A stretch of DNA of 61,952 nucleotides, filler included, from Clostridiaceae bacterium (lineage in GTDB: Bacteria > Bacillota > Clostridia > CAYPLH01 > DUMO01): NCBI GenBank assembly GCA_012839865.1. It is 4 parts of 4 records of this genome, joined end to end, with 100 filler letters (N's around TTAATTAATTAA, not from the genome) between each part and the next. Parts side by side here need not be neighbours in the genome. Positions count along the whole stretch, not along the records: positions 31,771 to 37,949 come from DUMO01000038.1; positions 38,050 to 61,952 come from DUMO01000006.1; 2 more parts are not named here. One strand, 5' to 3'. Below are positions 32,323 through 41,671 of the stretch, in pieces. The notes below the pieces were generated by a model, which did not search any database, had not been told where the DNA came from, and saw only the letters and a program-made list of their open reading frames with translations. Position numbers and translations under genes: made by a program. The stretch's first letter is position 1. Every line of letters begins with the position of its first letter.

Positions 32323-34002
32323 ATGCTGACCAGCACTTTAATGATTATTCAGTTTTTTTTCTCGGTAATTATCGGGCTTTATTTCATGAACCTATTGAAG
32401 TCACAGCAGGGAAATAAAAGTGCTCTGGAAAAAGAATCGAGAAAAGAGCTTGAGAAATTGCGCAAGCTTCAGGACATCAGACTTTCCGAACCTTTGTCCG
32501 AAAAAACAAGACCTACCACCGTTAAGGAGATAATCGGGCAGGAACAGGGAATTAAAGCTCTGAGGGCTGCTTTGTGCGGTCCAAACCCGCAGCACGTAAT
32601 CATTTATGGCCCTCCCGGGATAGGAAAAACTGCGGCAGCCAGAGTTATTCTTGAGGAAGCCAAAAAAATGTCATTGTCCCCGTTCAAAAAGGATGCAAAA
32701 TTTGTAGAAGTGGACGCAACAACTTTAAGGTTTGATGAAAGGGGCATTGCAGACCCTCTGATAGGATCGGTGCACGATCCCATATATCAGGGTGCTGGAG
32801 CCTACGGTGTTGCAGGTATACCTCAACCCAAGCAGGGTGCGGTGACCAAGGCCCATGGAGGAATTTTATTCATTGACGAAATAGGCGAGTTGCATCCTGT
32901 GCAAATGAACAAACTTCTTAAGGTTTTGGAAGACAGGAAGGTATTTTTGGAGAGTGCATATTACAGTTCGGAAGACAGCAATATACCGGCCCATATCCAT
33001 GAAATATTTCAAAAAGGGCTTCCGGCGGATTTCAGGCTGGTTGGGGCAACTACACGGACAAAGGATGAAATCCCGGCCGCCATCCGGTCAAGATGCATTG
33101 AGATTTATTTCAGACCGCTATTGCCTGAGGAAATTTGCACAATAGCCAGGAATGCGGCAGCAAAGGGAGGATTCAGTCTGGAGGAAGGAGCCGACAAGCT
33201 GATTGCAAAATATGCCCAGAACGGAAGGGATGCAGTTAACATAATCCAAATTGCCGGAGGTATTTCACAGACTGAGCATAGAAACAACATAACCAGGAAA
33301 GACATTGAATGGGTTGTAGAATTTGGCCAATACAACCCAAGAATAGATAAAAAAATAACCCAGGGAGAGCAGGTTGGATGTGTTAACGGGCTTGCAGTTT
33401 TCGGCAACTGCAACGGGCTGGTTATCGACATTGAAGCCTCTGCCATAAAGGTTGAAAGCGGTCAGGGTACCCTTAAAATTACTGGGATAATAGAAGAGGA
33501 GGAAATGGCGGGAAAGGGGCATAAAATGAAGAGAACCAGCTCAGCCCGGTCATCTATAGAAAATGTCCTTACAGTCCTGAGAAAATTTTTTGATATTGAC
33601 AGCAGGGACTATGATATACATCTTAACTTCCCGGGAGGGGTGCCCATTGACGGGCCCTCAGCCGGTATTGCCGCTGCCGTAGCCATATTTTCAGCTGTAA
33701 AAAATGTACCGGTCAGCAGTGATCTTGCCATGACCGGGGAACTGTCCATACGAGGGAAAGTCAGGCCTGTAGGCGGAGTAATAGCCAAAGTGCAGGCAGC
33801 AAAGACAGCGGGCATAAAAAAGGTTGTCATCCCCAGGGAAAACTGGCAGGAACTATTTGAAGATGCAGGGATTGAAGTAATACCGGTTGAAGAAATAAGT
33901 CAGGTGATTGATATTGTGTTGAAGCACAAGACAGTACACTTTGATGAAATGTTTCTTAATAAAAAGCATGTAAACGTCCTTTCTGCTTCAGGCGGCATTT
34001 AA
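32323..34002 (+). CDS. lonB: ATP-dependent protease LonB (sporulation-associated type)
   Basis: N-terminal TM, GPPGIGKT, FIDEIGE, HLNFPGGVPIDGPSAG, TGELSIRGKV.PVGGV.AKV. Confidence 0.92.
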   Translation: MLTSTLMIIQFFFSVIIGLYFMNLLKSQQGNKSALEKESRKELEKLRKLQDIRLSEPLSEKTRPTTVKEIIGQEQGIKALRAALCGPNPQHVIIYGPPGIGKTAAARVILEEAKKMSLSPFKKDAKFVEVDATTLRFDERGIADPLIGSVHDPIYQGAGAYGVAGIPQPKQGAVTKAHGGILFIDEIGELHPVQMNKLLKVLEDRKVFLESAYYSSEDSNIPAHIHEIFQKGLPADFRLVGATTRTKDEIPAAIRSRCIEIYFRPLLPEEICTIARNAAAKGGFSLEEGADKLIAKYAQNGRDAVNIIQIAGGISQTEHRNNITRKDIEWVVEFGQYNPRIDKKITQGEQVGCVNGLAVFGNCNGLVIDIEASAIKVESGQGTLKITGIIEEEEMAGKGHKMKRTSSARSSIENVLTVLRKFFDIDSRDYDIHLNFPGGVPIDGPSAGIAAAVAIFSAVKNVPVSSDLAMTGELSIRGKVRPVGGVIAKVQAAKTAGIKKVVIPRENWQELFEDAGIEVIPVEEISQVIDIVLKHKTVHFDEMFLNKKHVNVLSASGGI

Positions 34003-34224
34003 AAAATAGGTATAAAGGTTTTTTCTTTGAAATTTGTATAGGACTTTCAGCTAAAAGTGGCATTAAGATATTGGTGCAAAGGTTGAAGTTTTGGAATTTT
34101 GGAGGCACTTATTTCATCTGGTGGTAATTAGGTCCAAGGACCTATGCAAATAAGCATAAAATACCATGTACCTTAACGCTTTAGTATGGTAAATTAATAA
34201 TTGACATTAGCATTCTCTAGTACA

Positions 34225-34254
34225 GGGGCATGAAAATCGTGCTCCATTTTTTTT
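34225..34254 (+). terminator. Rho-independent terminator
   Basis: GGGGCATGA-AAA-TCGTGCTCC stem then A + T8. Confidence 0.7.
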
Positions 34255-34488
34255 GTACTCAATTCAGAACTATCAATATTGTTTTCCCAGGCACCTCATT
34301 TACTTTAAACAGCATAAGTTAATTGCACACATCTCCTTGCCGAAATGCAGAGGATTCCTACCGGATTTACCAAATAACTATCTTTTGAACGGGAGTTTAT
34401 GTTGAAAAAATTGAAATTATTTTGGTTTGTGGTATAGTTTATAATATTAATGGAAGCTAGCAAGAATAATACTTATGGAGATGAATAG

Positions 34489-35505
34489 ATGAAGGATATA
34501 CTGATTCTCGGAATAGAGACAAGTTGTGACGAAACTTCGGCTGCCGTGGTTAGAAACGGGAGAGAAATTTTGTCAAACATAATTTCAACTCAAATAGATA
34601 TTCACAAAAAATATGGGGGAGTTGTTCCGGAAATAGCCTCAAGAAAGCATGTTGAGCTTATTCTTCCGGTAATTGACAATGCACTTTCAGAAGCGGGGCT
34701 TGAGCTTCATGATATGGATGCAATAGGGGTAACTTATGGTCCTGGTCTGGTCGGCGCATTGCTGGTGGGCTTGTGTGCTGCAAAGGCGTTGGCCTACACG
34801 GTGGGAAAGCCTCTTATCGGAGTGCACCATATTGAAGGGCATATAGCAGCCAATTATATTGAATTTCCAGGGCTTGAACCGCCTTTTATCTGTCTTGTGG
34901 TCTCAGGAGGCCATAGTCATATAGTTCATGTCAAGAATTACCGTGAGTTTGAAATACTCGGTCAAACCCGGGATGATGCTGCAGGCGAAGCATTTGACAA
35001 AGTAGCACGAATTATCGGTTTAGGCTACCCCGGGGGACCTGCCATAGACCGTGCTGCAAAGAATGGAAATAAGAATGCTATAAATTTTCCCAGGGTATTT
35101 TTCAATGACAGTCTGGATTTCAGCTTTAGCGGTATAAAAACAGCTGTATTGAACTATGTCAATACTACAATCCAAAAAGGCAACAATATATGTGTTGAGG
35201 ATGTGGCTGCAAGCTTTCAGGCTGCTGTTGTGGATGTATTGGTTCAAAATGCTGTTGAAGCGGCAAGAAGAAGCAATTCCGACAAGGTTGTGGTAGCAGG
35301 CGGTGTAGCTGCAAACTCTTTTTTAAGAGCAAAATTGAATGAGGAATCCCAAAAATACGGAATAAAAGTGTTTTATCCAAGACTTGGTCTTTGCACCGAC
35401 AACGCTGCAATGGTGGCGAGCGCTGCATATTATGAGTATATTGAGGGCAAGTTTGCGGAAATGAATCTCAATGCCATACCCGGGCTTAGGCTGGGAGAAA
35501 GGTAA
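34489..35505 (+). CDS. tsaD: tRNA N6-adenosine threonylcarbamoyltransferase TsaD
   Basis: [50 protein letters not shown]. Confidence 0.98.
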   Translation: MKDILILGIETSCDETSAAVVRNGREILSNIISTQIDIHKKYGGVVPEIASRKHVELILPVIDNALSEAGLELHDMDAIGVTYGPGLVGALLVGLCAAKALAYTVGKPLIGVHHIEGHIAANYIEFPGLEPPFICLVVSGGHSHIVHVKNYREFEILGQTRDDAAGEAFDKVARIIGLGYPGGPAIDRAAKNGNKNAINFPRVFFNDSLDFSFSGIKTAVLNYVNTTIQKGNNICVEDVAASFQAAVVDVLVQNAVEAARRSNSDKVVVAGGVAANSFLRAKLNEESQKYGIKVFYPRLGLCTDNAAMVASAAYYEYIEGKFAEMNLNAIPGLRLGER

Positions 35506-35662
35506 CCAGAGCATGGCGTTGGTGGGTTTCTGACGTGTATTGAAGCGGAGCTTATACCGTGTAAAAGATAACAAGTGAATGAGCCGGTGAACCGTTGCCC
35601 GGGGATAAGTCAGTTTAAAACAGGAAAAAGGCAATATTGAATGAAGGTGGCAAACTTTTGCC

Positions 35663-36061
35663 TGTGGATATTGCAAAGCTTCAAGCCAGGAGAAAAATGA
35701 CAGGCGAATATTGCGATTTTTGTCGGAACGCTTAATAAAAGAGATAATTTTGAGGTGAAAAAGCCAAGCGATTAAAAATTAAGGACAAAAACCCACAGCA
35801 TTTGACATGGAAATGTTGAAAAAAGAATGTGAATAATGTGGAAAATCATCCGAAGCATTGATATTTTCAATGTTGAATTTGTGTTAAAAAGTGTGGATAA
35901 GAATGTGGATAATGTGGAAGAATGCATTGATACTATTTCAGGGTAACCATGAAATGCCTGAAGGCAGTGAATCTATACAGGATGTCTTATAATTTGAATG
36001 AAAGGTCTTTGACCGGTCATCGAATGTGGATTATATTTATTAACCGGAGCCTTGTGAATAA
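35663..36061. promoter_or_regulatory. Cluster of co-oriented DnaA-box-like 9-mers
   Basis: TGTGGATAA 35892, 35904; TGTGAATAA 35828, 36053; TGTGGAAAA 35837; near-matches 35663, 35913, 36025. Confidence 0.7.
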
Positions 36062-36375
36062 AGCTCAACTTTTTTCTTCCTGACAAATTTAGAGCAGGCA
36101 CTCCTATTTGCCCCCTCAAATTTTCTAATTGAAAACAACTGGCATGTTCCATATACAATGTTATTTCTTTGGCTTGCGATAACTTCTACAAAGTTTTCAC
36201 AGTCAGTACATTTGTAATTGAGTTGTTTATAAGTTTTTTCAGTGGGTATAAATCGATGGCTGGCGCAAACATAGTCAGGAGAAACAACACCGTTTATTTT
36301 ACACAGTATGTCACCATTAATAGTGATTACGGTTCCTTTTGTACAGTTGTGGCAGGTGCGCTTTTGTTCCAACAT
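36040..36375 (-). CDS. Small cysteine-rich hypothetical protein
   Basis: RBS GGGGG + ATG; two CxxC...C...C units. Confidence 0.7.
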   Translation of the reverse strand: MLEQKRTCHNCTKGTVITINGDILCKINGVVSPDYVCASHRFIPTEKTYKQLNYKCTDCENFVEVIASQRNNIVYGTCQLFSIRKFEGANRSACSKFVRKKKVELYSQGSG

Positions 36376-36539
36376 AATACCCCCCTGTAAATGGTTCCAT
36401 TGTCATCCAGGTCGCTTTTATTATAACATTACAGGCTTGAAATTAAAAATTGCGGGAAATATTTTAATGTGGCAGTGGGTATATATGCAAAAAAAGTCAT
36501 CTTATACTTATCCGGCAAAATTGATGGTACCATGGGGAT

Positions 36540-36611
36540 GGTTAATGTGAAAGTTGAAATACTTTCATATATTTTGCTGTGAAAGCTCTCTTTCATGGTT
36601 GTTCTTGTGGT
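36540..36611. repeat. 72-bp exact copy of 2116-2187
   Basis: GGTTAATGTGAAAGTTGAAATACTTTCATATATTTTGCTGTGAAAGCTCTCTTTCATGGTTGTTCTTGTGGT at both sites. Confidence 0.95.
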
Positions 36612-36706
36612 TGATGTATATTTGAAGTTATAATAATTGATAACACGCATTTTTGAAAGTGCAGTAAGAATTTTATGCAATTTTGAATTTTGGAGGCAAA
36701 TTGATC

Positions 36707-37225
36707 GTGAAAAACAAGCTGGTGTTTAGATATGCTGAAAGAAAAGATGTACCTTTAATACTTTGGTTCATAAAGGAATTAGCCGATTATGAAAAGATGC
36801 TGGATGAGGTTGCAGCAACAGAGGAGCTTCTTGAAGAGTGGATTTTCGATAAGAATAAGGCAGAAGTATTTTTTGCCATGGAAGATGAAAAAGCAGTTGG
36901 CTTTGTATTGTTTTTTCATAATTTTTCTACATTTTTAGGACGTCCCGGAATATATATAGAGGATTTGTTTATATTACCAGAATATCGCGGGAAAGGCTAT
37001 GGGAAAGCAATATTAAATAAACTTGCACAAATAGCTGTTGAACGTGGCTGCGGCAGGCTTGAGTGGCGGTGCCTGGATTGGAATAAACCAAGTATCAATT
37101 TTTATTTGTCATTAGGTGCGGAGCCTTTGGAAGACTGGACAGTTTACCGAATAGCAGGCAATAAACTGTATGAACTGGCTAACCCAGACAGGACAGGGGA
37201 CGGTTCTGTGTCTTGCAATGGGTAA
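36707..37225 (+). CDS. GNAT family N-acetyltransferase (diamine/spermidine acetyltransferase-like)
   Basis: IKELADYEK, FSTFLGRPGIYIEDLFI.PEYRGKGYGK, LDWNKPSINFY; GTG start 36707. Confidence 0.9.
   Translation: MKNKLVFRYAERKDVPLILWFIKELADYEKMLDEVAATEELLEEWIFDKNKAEVFFAMEDEKAVGFVLFFHNFSTFLGRPGIYIEDLFILPEYRGKGYGKAILNKLAQIAVERGCGRLEWRCLDWNKPSINFYLSLGAEPLEDWTVYRIAGNKLYELANPDRTGDGSVSCNG
37191..37212. repeat. REP-like unit inside the GNAT 3' end
   Basis: GGACAGGGGACGGTTCTGTGTC identical to 16340-16361. Confidence 0.85.
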
Positions 37226-37308
37226 ATAATGACAGGCTGCACTATTTTCAGTAAGGTATATGCATTCAGGTCACGAAATTCAATGAAAATGAAAGGAGTC
37301 TTCAATGC

Positions 37309-37512
37309 ATGCCAACGTATAAAGGTTTAAAAAGAAAGTTAATAATTGTTTTTTTATTCATGATTGCATTTGCATATTCGGTGCCGGCTTTAGCTGCAGA
37401 TAGTGGAACTGACAGGGAAATGCTTGAGGAGGTTGTCATTACAAAACCGTATGAACGCCAGATTAAACCGGTTATAGAATTATTGGGTAACGGAGTGGTA
37501 TATTTAATATAA
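37309..37512 (+). CDS. Short secreted-protein ORF or remnant
   Basis: RBS GAAAGGAG; signal peptide ending VPALA-AD; only 67 aa. Confidence 0.45.
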   Translation: MPTYKGLKRKLIIVFLFMIAFAYSVPALAADSGTDREMLEEVVITKPYERQIKPVIELLGNGVVYLI

Positions 37513-37584
37513 GATTTCAAGGGCTATTTGATGAATATCGAGTCCATGTATAACGAAAGGGACCTACTCATTATATAAACTCAA

Positions 37585-37608
37585 AAAGAGCCTTTCGGCT
37601 CTTTATTT
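37585..37608 (+). terminator. Rho-independent terminator
   Basis: AAAGAGCC-TTTC-GGCTCTTT then ATTTT. Confidence 0.7.
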
Positions 37609-37822
37609 TGATGTAATTTACACCAAAAGCGGCTATCCATACTGCACCTTAGCCGGTACAGCATGGATAGCCCGTTATCACTTATTTAATCCACCTTGCA
37701 ATACTCTCAAAAAACTCCAGACTCAACATACCCACCTTATTCAGCAACAGTAAGCATGACAATCCGCAAAAATAGCCGAATATAAAGATACGGTAATCTC
37801 TGTCATAAAACCATTTCAACAT

Positions 37823-37949
37823 TGTTAATGCTACTCTAAAAGTGTACCACATACCGGTAAAAAAATAGGCCACCTTAATCAAATTTTCCTGTATGATTAT
37901 GTTGACAAGACATTTCGTACAGGAGGAAAGGTATGATTAAGATGGCACA
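37823..37949 (+). mobile_element. IS21-family-like left end, copy B, with start of istA-like ORF (MIKMA...)
   Basis: 127-bp reverse-complement match to 27267-27393; different flanks; AGGAGG RBS before ATG at the contig end. Confidence 0.75.
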
Positions 37950-38049
37950 NNNNNNNNNNNNNNNNNNNNNNNNNNNNNNNNNNNNNNNNNNNNTTAATTA
38001 ATTAANNNNNNNNNNNNNNNNNNNNNNNNNNNNNNNNNNNNNNNNNNNN
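37950..38049. other. Artificial contig linker
   Basis: 44 N + TTAATTAATTAA + 44 N. Confidence 0.97.
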
Positions 38050-38075
38050 AAAAATATTTATAAGGAGGATTATTT

Positions 38076-40556
38076 ATGAGAAACAAAAACATCTCAAGAG
38101 TGCTTTTGCTGTTATTGGCGTTAGTATTTGCTGTAACTGCAGCAAGCTGCGGCCAGGGCGGGAAACAGACTGATGGAACAACTTCGGCATCGTCTACAAC
38201 AGGAGCCCCCACAACAGCAGCACCCACAACAGATGCACCTAAGGTAGTGCTTCCGGATGTTCCGGCAAACAGATATGATGCATCCAAGACACCGAGAACA
38301 GGAAGCAATGCAACAGTTCCGCTGGTAGTGAGCACAGGCACACTGGACGGCAAATTTAGTCCGTTCTTTGCCACATCAGCATATGACTCAGATGTCGCAG
38401 GAATGACACAGCTTGGCTTGCTCTACTACGACAAGACAGGCGCTCCGACTGCAGGCATCAATTTCCCTTGCCTGGCTATAGAATATAAACAGGAAGTCGC
38501 TCCTGACAGTTCAAGCTCTTCTTACACATTTATCCTTAAAAATGGGATAACCTTCAGCGATGGACATCCTGTGACAGCAAAAGACGTTCTTTTCTCATAT
38601 TATGTTCTGAATGATCCGTACTACGACGGTTCCAGCACCTTATACACTTTGAAAATTCAAGGCTTGCAAGAGTACCGTCTGCAGACCAGCGCAGAAACCC
38701 TGAAGATGGTTGATGCAATACTTGAGGCTGGCATTACATCAGCTGACGACGGTTCAATGGTTATAAATCCGGCTCAGGGCGTAACAAAGGACCAGCAGGA
38801 AAAATTCTGGAGTTATCTGGATAAAGCCGGAGAAAAATTTGCACAGGAAATAATTGATTATGTAAATTTAAATTATAAGAGCTATATCCCAAGTTATTTT
38901 GCACCATATACAGCTGAACAGGTTGCCGCAGATCCTGATCTCCAGGCGGCATTCGGAATGCGTATGTGGGGATTTGGTTCTGTTGATAAGGATACCGGTG
39001 TTTTCACCGACAGCAACGGAACTGCTTACGACCTTACAAAGGACACTGTAAATGCAAAAATTTTCTGGGACAATATATTGGCAGCTTACGGATATGATTT
39101 GTCAGATGCAGGCATAAACTATGAAAAAGCCGGTGATTTGTCAATTCAGGACTATATCAAGGCTGAATATATTTCTACAGAAGGCCAGGTTGCAGGCGGT
39201 GTTAAGAGCATCAGCGGCATCACATACGGAAAAGTGATTTGTGATGACGGTGTTGAAAGAGAATTCATTAAAGTTACATTAAACGGTGTAGACCCGACTG
39301 CCATATTTAAACTTGGTGTCAGCGTAGCACCTATGCATTACTATACAGACGGATACACAGGCACGCTCAATGAATATGGAGTTGATACAGGAAACAAGGC
39401 ATTTATGGACTTCCTCAAGACAAAGAATTCCAAACCTTTGGGCGCCGGACCGTACATATTCCAGGAATACAAAGACAAAGTAGTAACTTATACAGCTAAC
39501 GACAGCTTCCTCCTTGGTTCACCCAAGATCAAGACCTTCCGTTACCAGGAAATCAACTTGGGAGCTGAGCTGGATTCAGTTCTTACAGGTACGGTTCATT
39601 TCTCTGATCCGTCCGCTTCAATGAAAATTATTAATGACATTACAGCCGGACAGGGCGACTACAATAAGCTCAGCTACATTTTGGTAGACAATGACGGATA
39701 CGGTTACATCGGTATCCAGGGCCAGGCTATTCCGGAACATGATGTAAGAAAAGCTCTTGCTCATTCCTTCAATGTACAGCTTGCAGTTGACAACTACTAT
39801 GGTGAGCTTGCAAGTGTTAACTATCGTACAATGACCAAGGTACTCTGGGCATATCCGGAAAATCCTGAAAACCTGTTCCCGTACGATGGCACCGGAGAAA
39901 CCTCAAAGAATCTGTTCCTGCAAGCCGGTTACAAATATGACGCAGAAAAGAATATAATGTACTATCCCGACGGACATGAAAAAGCAGGCCAGCAGGTTAC
40001 ATTCAAGTTCACAATTCCTTCAGAGGCCAAGGACCATCCTGCAGGTTCAATCTTCATTGATGCTCAGGAAGTATTGGCAAAGATTGGTGTTAAGGTAAAT
40101 ATTGAAGTAGACCAGAACCTGCTTGGAAAGCTCAGCACAGCCTATGATTCAGGTATTCAGGTTTGGGCTGCAGCATGGGGCGGCGGCGGTGTTGACCCTG
40201 ACATGTTCCAGATCTGGTACTCAGATCCTGCAGTAAACCAGGGTACTTCAGCAGCAAGATCCGGTCTGTACTGGATGTTCCAGAATGGTACAGATGAGGA
40301 AAAAGCTATGCTCAGAGAACTGAATGAGCTCATTATAGCAGGACGTTCCACTCTTGACACTGAGGAACGTAAAGCAATTTACAAACGTGCTCTTGAAATT
40401 TCAACAGGACTCGCTGTTGAGATTCCTACTTACCAGAGGAAGAACATGTTTGTGTACAACAAGGATGTCATTAAGACCTCCACTTTGTTCACCGGTGAAG
40501 ATGTAACTCCTTTCCAGAGCCCGATCAGCTATATCTGGAATGTTGAGCTGAACTAA
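38076..40556 (+). CDS. ABC transporter substrate-binding lipoprotein, family 5 (Opp/Dpp-like), enlarged
   Basis: Lipobox TAAS-C; FSPFFATSAYD, F.LK.GITFSDG.PVTAKDV.FS, GAGPY, VRKAL; 826 aa. Confidence 0.9.
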   Translation: MRNKNISRVLLLLLALVFAVTAASCGQGGKQTDGTTSASSTTGAPTTAAPTTDAPKVVLPDVPANRYDASKTPRTGSNATVPLVVSTGTLDGKFSPFFATSAYDSDVAGMTQLGLLYYDKTGAPTAGINFPCLAIEYKQEVAPDSSSSSYTFILKNGITFSDGHPVTAKDVLFSYYVLNDPYYDGSSTLYTLKIQGLQEYRLQTSAETLKMVDAILEAGITSADDGSMVINPAQGVTKDQQEKFWSYLDKAGEKFAQEIIDYVNLNYKSYIPSYFAPYTAEQVAADPDLQAAFGMRMWGFGSVDKDTGVFTDSNGTAYDLTKDTVNAKIFWDNILAAYGYDLSDAGINYEKAGDLSIQDYIKAEYISTEGQVAGGVKSISGITYGKVICDDGVEREFIKVTLNGVDPTAIFKLGVSVAPMHYYTDGYTGTLNEYGVDTGNKAFMDFLKTKNSKPLGAGPYIFQEYKDKVVTYTANDSFLLGSPKIKTFRYQEINLGAELDSVLTGTVHFSDPSASMKIINDITAGQGDYNKLSYILVDNDGYGYIGIQGQAIPEHDVRKALAHSFNVQLAVDNYYGELASVNYRTMTKVLWAYPENPENLFPYDGTGETSKNLFLQAGYKYDAEKNIMYYPDGHEKAGQQVTFKFTIPSEAKDHPAGSIFIDAQEVLAKIGVKVNIEVDQNLLGKLSTAYDSGIQVWAAAWGGGGVDPDMFQIWYSDPAVNQGTSAARSGLYWMFQNGTDEEKAMLRELNELIIAGRSTLDTEERKAIYKRALEISTGLAVEIPTYQRKNMFVYNKDVIKTSTLFTGEDVTPFQSPISYIWNVELN

Positions 40557-40659
40557 CAGGCTGAATATAACTAATACGCACTAAATACAAGCACAAGGCC
40601 TGGGCGTCATGCTCAAGCCTTGTGCTTACAAATACATTGCAGATTGGCAGAGGATAATT

Positions 40660-41658
40660 ATGTTGAACTATATTATAAAGAGACTGCTTCTTGCACTGCT
40701 TATTCTAATAGGGGCTTCCATACTTATTTACATGCTTTCCATGCTTATGCCGGCGGACTATATTGATAATCAGACGGCAGCAGCGCTTCAAAGCGGTTCA
40801 ATGACAATGGAAGACGTTATGCGATTAAAGCAGTTGTATGGACTTGCGGATAAAAGTTTCAAGGGAATAATGAAAAGTTATTTTTCCTGGCTGCTGAGCG
40901 CTTTTTCAGGTGACCTGGGGCATTCTTTCCTGTATTCCAAACCTGTCACCGCTGTTTTGGCAGATTATATCTGGATTTCATTTACTGTAGCTTTCATTTC
41001 ATATATTCTTCAGATAATAATAGCAATACCTATGGGAATTAAAGCGGCGGTAAATCAGTACGGCCCATATGACTATACGGTTTCAGTATTTGCAATGATA
41101 GGTACTGCTTTTCCATCCTTTTTTCTGTCAGCGTTGCTGATGAATGTTTTTTCCATAAGGCTTGGAATTTTTCCACTTCTGGGTCTGACAACCGCAACAA
41201 AGGTGTTTGGACCCAATGAGCATTTTGCAATTTTTCTTGACAAAGCCTGGCACTTGGTATTGCCTATTGCAGTATTAACAATTCTTGGGATTGGTGGCAC
41301 CATGAGATTTACAAGGACGAACATGCTTGAAGTCCTGAATTCCGATTACATCAGGACCGCCAGGGCAAAAGGACTGCCAGAGAGTACGGTTGTTTACAAG
41401 CATGCTTTCAGAAATACGCTGATTCCACTGGTAACTTCTTTGTCGGGTCTGCTTCCCAGTCTTTTCGGAGGCGCTATGATAACAGAAACGGTTTTTGCTA
41501 TACCCGGGATTGGGTACATGGCTTATAGGGCAACCATTCAGGGGGACATCCCGTTTATCATGGGGTACAATATGTTTTTATCCATCCTGACAGTTTCAGG
41601 TATGCTCATTTCAGATTTGATGTACATGGTTGTCGATCCACGAGTAAAACTGTCATAA
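40660..41658 (+). CDS. oppB: OppB-like ABC permease
   Basis: YIIKRLL, GDLGHS, RTNMLEVLNSDYIRTARAKGL, KHAFRN, DPRV. Confidence 0.92.
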   Translation: MLNYIIKRLLLALLILIGASILIYMLSMLMPADYIDNQTAAALQSGSMTMEDVMRLKQLYGLADKSFKGIMKSYFSWLLSAFSGDLGHSFLYSKPVTAVLADYIWISFTVAFISYILQIIIAIPMGIKAAVNQYGPYDYTVSVFAMIGTAFPSFFLSALLMNVFSIRLGIFPLLGLTTATKVFGPNEHFAIFLDKAWHLVLPIAVLTILGIGGTMRFTRTNMLEVLNSDYIRTARAKGLPESTVVYKHAFRNTLIPLVTSLSGLLPSLFGGAMITETVFAIPGIGYMAYRATIQGDIPFIMGYNMFLSILTVSGMLISDLMYMVVDPRVKLS

Positions 41659-41671
41659 GGGGGGATTTTAG

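Noticed and set aside
35663..36061. oriC
   Set aside because: No dnaA, dnaN or gidA/mnmG neighbours; kept only as a DnaA-box cluster.
37994..38374. ORFs that include X runs (also 31723-31926 and the flagellin 3' end)
   Set aside because: They read through N linkers, so their ends are artificial.
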